Of a stretch of DNA of 32,946 nucleotides, positions 26,697 to 32,946 are shown piece after piece (within the stretch, counting starts at the first letter, position 1; each line of letters starts with the position of its first letter). Made by a program: the position numbers and the translations under genes. The DNA is from Candidatus Micrarchaeota archaeon (GTDB lineage Archaea; Micrarchaeota; Micrarchaeia; Anstonellales; Bilamarchaeaceae): contig JBDRIM010000024.1 in assembly GCA_043816005.1 (NCBI GenBank), positions 1 through 32,946 on the forward strand, in the 5' to 3' direction. The notes beneath the pieces are model-generated. The model was not told where the DNA came from. It did no database searches and saw only the letters and a list, made by a program, of their open reading frames with translations.

Positions 26697-27341
26697 GTGA
26701 ACAATTTATCTAAAATTGATTGGGTTCTTAGACAAATGCACGAGTCTGCAGTAAAACGGAATGCACCAGTTCTTTATGCAGAGCATGAAACAAGAAACGA
26801 TCCATTCATGATTCTTGTATTTACTATGCTTTCAGCACGTACCAAGGACGTAACTACAATAAAAGTTGTTAATCGTTTATTTGCAAAGGCTAATACCCCA
26901 AAGAAAATCATTGCACTAGGGTCAAAAAAATTGGAAAAATTGTTGTACGGAGTTGGTTTTTACCGTACAAAAACAAAAAATCTTCTCGCCACCTGTACGT
27001 TACTTAATTCTGGCAAAATTCCACAAACTCTTAATGAGTTGCTTAAACTTCCAGGTGTTGGACGAAAAACCGCAAACATTGTTCTAGCTAGAGCATTTGG
27101 TCAAAACACACTTGGTGTTGATGTACATGTTCATAGAATCTCAAACAGACTTGGTCTTGTGAAAACCAAAAAACCAGAAGAAACTGAACGAGAATTATTG
27201 AAAATAATTCCATCCAAATATGTACGGTTACTTAACCAAAAATTTGTTGCTTTTGGTCAGACTGTTTGTTTACCAAGAAATCCGGATTGTATCAATTGTC
27301 CACTATCAAATAGTTGTCCAAAATTAGGAATTAAAAAATAA
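26697..27341 (+). CDS. nth: Endonuclease III
   Basis: HhH LLKLPGVGRKTAN, VDVHVHRI, and Fe-S motif C-x6-C-x2-C-x5-C. Confidence 0.93.
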   Translation: MNNLSKIDWVLRQMHESAVKRNAPVLYAEHETRNDPFMILVFTMLSARTKDVTTIKVVNRLFAKANTPKKIIALGSKKLEKLLYGVGFYRTKTKNLLATCTLLNSGKIPQTLNELLKLPGVGRKTANIVLARAFGQNTLGVDVHVHRISNRLGLVKTKKPEETERELLKIIPSKYVRLLNQKFVAFGQTVCLPRNPDCINCPLSNSCPKLGIKK

Positions 27342-27347
27342 AAAAAA

Positions 27348-28262
27348 TTATTTAGATTTTTTACTTGGCAATGGTGTTATCCCAGCTGCATCAGAGATTA
27401 TTGCAGATATGTCTGTACCCTCAGGAATCACATATTTTGTATTGGTACTCAATGCGTTTTCAGCCACTTGCAATTTTTTTAATGTTTGCGCATCTCCTTT
27501 GAAGTATTTCTGAGCAGCCTCATTAACAAGCTGAATTGCCTTTGCTTCTGCATGAGCTTTCATCTCAACTGCATGTGCTTCTGCCTGGGCTTGCAATTCT
27601 ATTGATTTTGCATAACCTTCAGCAACTTTAACTGCAGATCTTCTCTCACCATCTGCTCTTGTTTCTACAGCCGAAGCAAGATCAACTGCCGCAATCTTTT
27701 CATTTTCTGCTTTAACAACGTTGTTCATTGCCTGTTGAACATCTTGTGGCGGATCTATTCTCTGGAGTTCCACTCTAATAATATTCACACCCCATAAATT
27801 AGTTTCTTTGTCAAGTTCTTGTTCTACTTCCTGGTTGATTCTTTGTCTGTTTTCATTCGCTTCTGTGAGTGTCATTTTACCCATTATGGCTCTTAATGTT
27901 GTTTGTGCAAGAGAAGGAATAGCAGTTCTATAATTGTCTATTTGGTAAACTGCTTTCATTACATCATCAATTTTGTAATATACAATTGCATCAACTACTG
28001 CATTAAGGTTGTCTCTTGTAATAACTGTTTGTTGATCAACATCCACTCTCATCTCTGTTGTTGGTACCTTTATTACCTTTTCAACAAATGGTATTATTAT
28101 CAAAAGTCCTGGTTCAGCAGTTCTGCTAAATTTACCGAATCTTTCTACAAGAGTCTTTTCAATAGGCCTTACAACCTTTATCGCAGCAGCCAAAAAAATT
28201 AGTGCTATTATAGCTAAAAGCGGTACACAAAGCCAACCAAATACAAGTGGATCAAATGCCAT
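27348..28262 (-). CDS. SPFH/band 7 (stomatin-like, QmcA) membrane protein
   Basis: N-terminal TM helix, VERFGKF, PGLLIIIPFVE, QTVITRDN, AQTTLR and WGVNIIRVEL motifs. Confidence 0.92.
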   Translation of the reverse strand: MAFDPLVFGWLCVPLLAIIALIFLAAAIKVVRPIEKTLVERFGKFSRTAEPGLLIIIPFVEKVIKVPTTEMRVDVDQQTVITRDNLNAVVDAIVYYKIDDVMKAVYQIDNYRTAIPSLAQTTLRAIMGKMTLTEANENRQRINQEVEQELDKETNLWGVNIIRVELQRIDPPQDVQQAMNNVVKAENEKIAAVDLASAVETRADGERRSAVKVAEGYAKSIELQAQAEAHAVEMKAHAEAKAIQLVNEAAQKYFKGDAQTLKKLQVAENALSTNTKYVIPEGTDISAIISDAAGITPLPSKKSK

Positions 28263-28283
28263 ACATTGTTTATGCAAACTTGT

Positions 28284-29186
28284 TTATTTAATTATTCTGG
28301 TTGGGAACGAATCAAAGTTATGTTTTTTGAGATTTGTTGCCAATGCTATTGCATGATTTTCATCCCTTGCCAATGCAATGCAGCATCCGCCACCACCACC
28401 ACCAGTGACTTTGGTACCTAATGCACCATCAACCATGGCAATTTCATTTATTTCATCGTTTTTTTCATTCGAAACTCCAATCTCAGATAAAAGTCTTTGA
28501 TTGGTATTCATCAATCTTCCTACTTCCTCAAGGTCCCCTTCTTCTATTGCTTTTTTTGCATTGATCTCCAAATCAATATATTCATCCATAAGCTGTGAAA
28601 ATTCTCTTTTATCATTATCCTTAAACTTTTGTACTCGTTCTATCATTTTTGTTGTTTCACTATATTTTCCGCTAAATGTTATGACAATATCTAATGGCGC
28701 ACGCATTCTAATAAAATCAAATTGGCTTTCGGCCATTGTTTTTCCTCTTCGGTATTCAACAATTCCACCATAGGTTGCTACTGTGTTATCTACACCGCTT
28801 GGATTTCCATGGAATGCCATCTCACCATCATATGCATGTTGGTTTACTATATCATTTTTCAATCTTACTTTCTTTTCTTTTGCAAATGCTTTGACAAGTG
28901 CAACGCAGAATGCAGCAGATGAACCAAGTCCGCCATAGGTTGGCAAATCTCCACTCAATCTAACTTGATATTTTTTCTTCATCCCCATACTTTTCAAAAC
29001 TGCAGAAATTCCAGCAACACTCAATTCTTCAACTACTTTGAGTTCTGTAATTATTTTGTTTTCCTTAGCTTCAACTACATCAACAATAGCACTGTTTGAA
29101 ATTCCTCCTGCAATTGCCGGTGCACCATGAACTACGAAGTGTTCTCCAAACAATATTGTCTTTCCTCTGCCGATTCCTCTTGCCAT
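28284..29186 (-). CDS. mvk: Mevalonate kinase
   Basis: GKTILFGEHFVVHG, GLGSSAA, FHGNPSGVD and KVTGGGGGG (GHMP kinase, MVK type). Confidence 0.92.
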   Translation of the reverse strand: MARGIGRGKTILFGEHFVVHGAPAIAGGISNSAIVDVVEAKENKIITELKVVEELSVAGISAVLKSMGMKKKYQVRLSGDLPTYGGLGSSAAFCVALVKAFAKEKKVRLKNDIVNQHAYDGEMAFHGNPSGVDNTVATYGGIVEYRRGKTMAESQFDFIRMRAPLDIVITFSGKYSETTKMIERVQKFKDNDKREFSQLMDEYIDLEINAKKAIEEGDLEEVGRLMNTNQRLLSEIGVSNEKNDEINEIAMVDGALGTKVTGGGGGGCCIALARDENHAIALATNLKKHNFDSFPTRIIK

Positions 29187-29187
29187 A

Positions 29188-29448
29188 TCAACCCTTCTTT
29201 TCTATTAATTTTGTTTTACATTTTTTACAGGTGCCATCATACATACATCCTGCCAGAATATATCCTTTTTTTCGCTGGTCTGTTACCCAGCTATTCGTGA
29301 GCTTACGAAAAAGTTCTTTTTTATTTTTTATGATGTCACTGGTATCTCCATCTATTCCATTTTTTTTCATCTGTTCTTCTACTATGAGTTCCTCACTAAG
29401 TTTTCCGAAGATGTAATGTACTCTACATTTTGTACAATAATCCTTCAT
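29188..29448 (-). CDS. Small hypothetical protein with two CxxC motifs
   Basis: CTKC...CKKC. Fills the gap between neighbours with tight spacing. Confidence 0.6.
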   Translation of the reverse strand: MKDYCTKCRVHYIFGKLSEELIVEEQMKKNGIDGDTSDIIKNKKELFRKLTNSWVTDQRKKGYILAGCMYDGTCKKCKTKLIEKKG

Positions 29449-29454
29449 CTTTCA

Positions 29455-30231
29455 TCACTTCGGTTTCCTACCCTTTACTTTCGGTGGTTTTATATCCGGG
29501 TGGGCATCGGTCAACATGCCTGGACTTGCATATGGTTTGAATCCGAGATTTTCGAAAACTTTACAAACAAGATAAACATCATCTGGTCCGTTTGTTAGTT
29601 TTGTTTCAAGCTCTTTTAGTGCTGCTGCAAGATTATTATAAGATTTTCTCTTTCCTTTTACAATTGAATCAACCAACACGTCATTTTTATTTACTCCTGC
29701 AAAATCAAATGCTTTGTTCACTATAGTGTGATTTACACCTGATAATATTCCTGAAACTTCATAATCCTGGACTTTAGTTAATCCTAGTTTTTTTACTGCA
29801 ACCCATTCTTTGTATTTTCCCATGAATCCTATGAAATCTTCAATTTTTTCATCTGATGGTTTTGGTGTATTGGTTGGCATTATTTTGAATTGCACTCCTG
29901 CTTGGGTTAGCAATCTATTGAACAAATAACACTCAGCAACACAGACTAGTTTTGGATCATTTACATATTTTCCTAGTTCGTCTCTAAGTTTATTTGAAGT
30001 TTCAATAAAATTTACAATTGCCTTTAGACCAGTCCCTTTGAGTTTTGCAATTTCATCTATTTTTTTTGTATCAATTCCAGAAAATTCAAATGCTGGTTGT
30101 TCTATTTTTGAACTTACATATGCAAGTACTTGTGCCACTTCTTTTGGTTCTTTTCCTCTAAGATCAAAACAAATACCAAGTTTGAATCTTTTATATTCAC
30201 CAGTAAAAATTACTTCGTCTCCACCGAACAT
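29455..30231 (-). CDS. DUF2666-like protein (apparent tandem domain)
   Basis: IGFMGKYKEWVAVKKL..EVSGILSGVNHTI..KAF and C-terminal HPDIKPPKVKGRKPK. The N-terminal half (VIFTGEYKRF..EVAQVLAYV) parallels the C-terminal half. Confidence 0.65.
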   Translation of the reverse strand: MFGGDEVIFTGEYKRFKLGICFDLRGKEPKEVAQVLAYVSSKIEQPAFEFSGIDTKKIDEIAKLKGTGLKAIVNFIETSNKLRDELGKYVNDPKLVCVAECYLFNRLLTQAGVQFKIMPTNTPKPSDEKIEDFIGFMGKYKEWVAVKKLGLTKVQDYEVSGILSGVNHTIVNKAFDFAGVNKNDVLVDSIVKGKRKSYNNLAAALKELETKLTNGPDDVYLVCKVFENLGFKPYASPGMLTDAHPDIKPPKVKGRKPK

Positions 30232-30456
30232 TTAATCATCCTCCAAGCATTTTATTAGTTGTAAATTAAATAAGTTCGCAAAGATCAATAATAAAAAGCT
30301 ATTTGGCCATTTTCTTTAGTTGTTTTGATAAGTTATTGTAAGAAAACATGGTGTGCCTCGCGAGCCTTTATTTTTTTAAAGACGAGCGAACCAAAGTTTG
30401 AAGTAGGAATACGACGAACTTATATTAATGATCTTTTCATTAGTATTATCCAACAC

Positions 30457-30713
30457 GCCCCTGTAGCGCAGAGGTAGCGCGCGTCCTTGGTACCAACTTT
30501 TTGGAAACGCGATTGTTGCGATGCAACAATGCGCCCATTGTTCGATTCGAACAATTGGGAGTTGGATCAAAACTGGTTGTTTGAAAACCCTTTCGGGTTT
30601 TCGGTGAAAACCATTTTTGCGTAAGCAAAAATTAGCAATTCAGTTTTTTGGTCCTTTTTTTCTAAAAAAGGACAAAAAGGACGAGGTCACGAGTTCAATT
30701 CTCGTCGGGGGCT
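30457..30713 (+). tRNA. tRNA-Thr(GGT) with one long intron (exons 30457-30492, 30678-30713)
   Basis: Spliced GCCCCTGTAGCGCAGAGGTAGCGCGCGTCCTTGGTA|AGGACGAGGTCACGAGTTCAATTCTCGTCGGGGGCT forms a complete cloverleaf. Confidence 0.93.
30493..30677 (+). other. tRNA-Thr intron (185 nt, 37/38), multi-hairpin with a relaxed splice motif
   Basis: Central helix TTGG/ACAA has one mismatch. The intron is built of at least five hairpins plus an enclosing stem. Confidence 0.8.
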
Positions 30714-30823
30714 TATTTAATACCATTTTAGTCTGATTATATAAATGAGCTTTGAAATGATATTAAGGTATATAAATTTATATGTAGGATGCTAATAATT
30801 GATATCATGTCACGGGTGTCATC

Positions 30824-32946
30824 ATGAAGTTAATCAGAATTTTCTTGTTAATACTGATTTTATCAGCTTTTAACTTTGCTGCAACTCGTGCAGTAAACGG
30901 TACTGCTACTTCTTGTGTTCCAGGAGCAGTTGGTAATTATTCCACAATCCAAGCTGCAATAAATGCTGCGAGTGACGGAGATACAATAATTGTCTGTTAT
31001 CAAGGTCCGTCATACTCAGAAAATGTAGATATTAACAGATCAATAAACTTATATGGAAACCAATCAGCAGTAAGAGTTTATGCTTCAAACAGTTCTGATC
31101 ATGTTTTTCATATTTCAAGTCAATATGTAAATGTAAGTAATTTTACTTTAAGCGGTGCAGCTAATTCTCTTAAATCAGGCATTCGGATTTATGCATATAT
31201 GAATCCTTCTTATTCCACCATAACCAATGTGACTGTTCACAGTAGTTATAATGGTATCAGTAATGAAAAACCAGATATTGGTAACACTTTCATCTCAAAT
31301 ACAATATACAATTGTAGCGCGGGTTTCTATATCTTCTCACCAAACAATACTTTCATTTCTAATCTTGTTTATAACACTTCATTTGCCTTTGATATAAAAA
31401 ACTCATCTAATATTCTAACTTCCAACACAGCCAGCAACAACTCAGTTGGTTTCATGGTAGAATCTTTTAGCAACAACAATATATTAACAAACAACGTGGC
31501 CAATAACAACACTCAAGCTGGTTTCTCCATATCCTCCTCAAGTAATTACAACAACCTAACAAATAACACCGCATATAACAACTCCTACGGTTTCTATCTA
31601 TCCTCAAGCAATTATACTACATTAACAAACAACACAGCCTCCAACAACTCTCAAAATGGTTTCTATCTATCATCAAGCAATAACAATAATTTAACCTCCA
31701 ACACAGCAAATAACAACTCCCAAAGTGGTTTCTATCTATCCTCAAGCAATAACAATAATTTAACCTCCAACACAGCAAATAACAATACACAACAAGGTTT
31801 CTCATTATCTTCAAGCAACAATACTATACTGACAAATAATACTGCATTTATCAATATATATAATGGATTTCTTTTAACTTCAAGCAACTACAATACCTTA
31901 ACTAATAATACGGCGTATAACAATACTGAAGTTGGCATATACCTCTACACGAACTCTGACTATAATAATCTAACTAATAATCTCGTATACAATAACATTT
32001 TGTTTGGTTTCTCCATATCTTCAAACAATTATACTACATTAACAAACAATACGGCCAACAACAACAACAATTCTGGTTTCTATCTATCTTCAAGTAATTA
32101 TACTACATTAACAAACAACACAGCCAACAACAATTCTAATTTTGGTTTCTCCATACCTTCAAGCAATAACAACAATTTAACTTCCAACACAGCCTATAAT
32201 AACACCCAATCTGGTTTCTATCTAACTTCAAGCAATTATACTACATTAACAAACAACACCGCCTCCAACAACAACAATTCTGGTTTCTCTTTAAGTTCAA
32301 GCAATTACAATAACTTAACAAACAACACAGCCTCCAACAACTCCAATTATGGATTCTCTATATCTTCCTCCAATTACGTTACTTTAACCTCTAACACAGC
32401 CTCCAATTCTAGTGGTGGTTTCTCCATATCTTCAAGCTCTAACAACAACTTAATCTTCAACACGGCCCACAACAATACTATTCGTGGTTTCTACATATCT
32501 TCAAGCTCTAACAACAACATAACCTCTAACACAGCCTCCAACAACACTGGGAGTGGTTTCTATCTATCCTTAAGCAGCAACAACCTACTAACTTCAAACA
32601 TGGTTTATGGTAATTCGTCGTATGGAATTTTCCTACTATCTACAACTAACAATACTTTTGTAAATAATTTAGTGGCCAACACTGGTTATGGATTTGTTAT
32701 AGCACAAGACAATATCAGTAATTATACGACAAACAATATTGAAAATTGTAGTTATGGTTTTTATATTAGTTCTTATGTCGGAGGAGGCGGAAAAGGTCCG
32801 TTAGTCTATTATAACGGTTCATTGGTGACTACTTTCTTAGGAAATAATCTCACAAATACAACATATGCAATTTACTTAAATAATTCAAACTTAACTTTCT
32901 CAGGTAACAATGGAATTTACAATACCCCATCAACAGGAAAAGAAAT
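30824..32946 (+). CDS. Secreted or surface parallel beta-helix (NosD/CASH-type) repeat protein, 3'-partial
   Basis: Signal peptide MKLIRIFLLILILSAFNFA, YSTIQAAINAASDGDTIIV, and repeats of GFYLSSSNxNxLTNNTAxNN. Open to the window end. Confidence 0.88.
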   Translation, partial: MKLIRIFLLILILSAFNFAATRAVNGTATSCVPGAVGNYSTIQAAINAASDGDTIIVCYQGPSYSENVDINRSINLYGNQSAVRVYASNSSDHVFHISSQYVNVSNFTLSGAANSLKSGIRIYAYMNPSYSTITNVTVHSSYNGISNEKPDIGNTFISNTIYNCSAGFYIFSPNNTFISNLVYNTSFAFDIKNSSNILTSNTASNNSVGFMVESFSNNNILTNNVANNNTQAGFSISSSSNYNNLTNNTAYNNSYGFYLSSSNYTTLTNNTASNNSQNGFYLSSSNNNNLTSNTANNNSQSGFYLSSSNNNNLTSNTANNNTQQGFSLSSSNNTILTNNTAFINIYNGFLLTSSNYNTLTNNTAYNNTEVGIYLYTNSDYNNLTNNLVYNNILFGFSISSNNYTTLTNNTANNNNNSGFYLSSSNYTTLTNNTANNNSNFGFSIPSSNNNNLTSNTAYNNTQSGFYLTSSNYTTLTNNTASNNNNSGFSLSSSNYNNLTNNTASNNSNYGFSISSSNYVTLTSNTASNSSGGFSISSSSNNNLIFNTAHNNTIRGFYISSSSNNNITSNTASNNTGSGFYLSLSSNNLLTSNMVYGNSSYGIFLLSTTNNTFVNNLVANTGYGFVIAQDNISNYTTNNIENCSYGFYISSYVGGGGKGPLVYYNGSLVTTFLGNNLTNTTYAIYLNNSNLTFSGNNGIYNTPSTGKE
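31520..32600 (+). repeat. About 69-nt coding tandem repeat (23 aa)
   Basis: GGTTTCT starts at 31589, 31658, 31727 and 31796. Several units are nearly identical at the DNA level. Confidence 0.8.

Noticed and set aside
30376..30628. Short minus-strand ORFs over tRNA-Thr, as a possible intron-encoded homing endonuclease
   Set aside because: Antisense to the tRNA, only 60-64 aa, with no LAGLIDADG, HNH or GIY-YIG motif.
31500..32600. Diversity-generating retroelement TR/VR pair (AAC-rich repeats)
   Set aside because: The repeats are in-frame beta-helix units, differences are not adenine-specific, and there is no reverse transcriptase in the window.

Overview
AT-rich archaeal chromosomal segment. 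Gene content and style suggest a DPANN lineage, most plausibly Micrarchaeota (inference). It carries housekeeping genes (SMC, Sm/Lsm, aIF5A, rps24e, rps27ae, Kae1, Hjc, Nth, TatD, NadM, RbgA-type GTPase, GlnA). It also holds the complete lower archaeal (Aeropyrum-type) mevalonate pathway: MVK, AcnX-type phosphomevalonate dehydratase L+S, UbiD-type anhydromevalonate-phosphate decarboxylase, UbiX and IPK. There are several Arg-rich orphan proteins and two surface proteins. Two intron-split tRNA genes are absent from the ORF track: tRNA-Ala(GGC) at 6486-6715 (-) with two introns, and tRNA-Thr(GGT) at 30457-30713 (+) with one 185-nt intron. The most unusual signal is a set of short non-coding hairpin elements with compensatory base changes. 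They build the tRNA introns, sit in tRNA leader and trailer, nest inside each other, and occur as tandem double-hairpin insertions with direct repeats at the RBS/start regions of the Sm and aIF5A genes. They look like an undescribed family of mobile structured mini-elements or introns.
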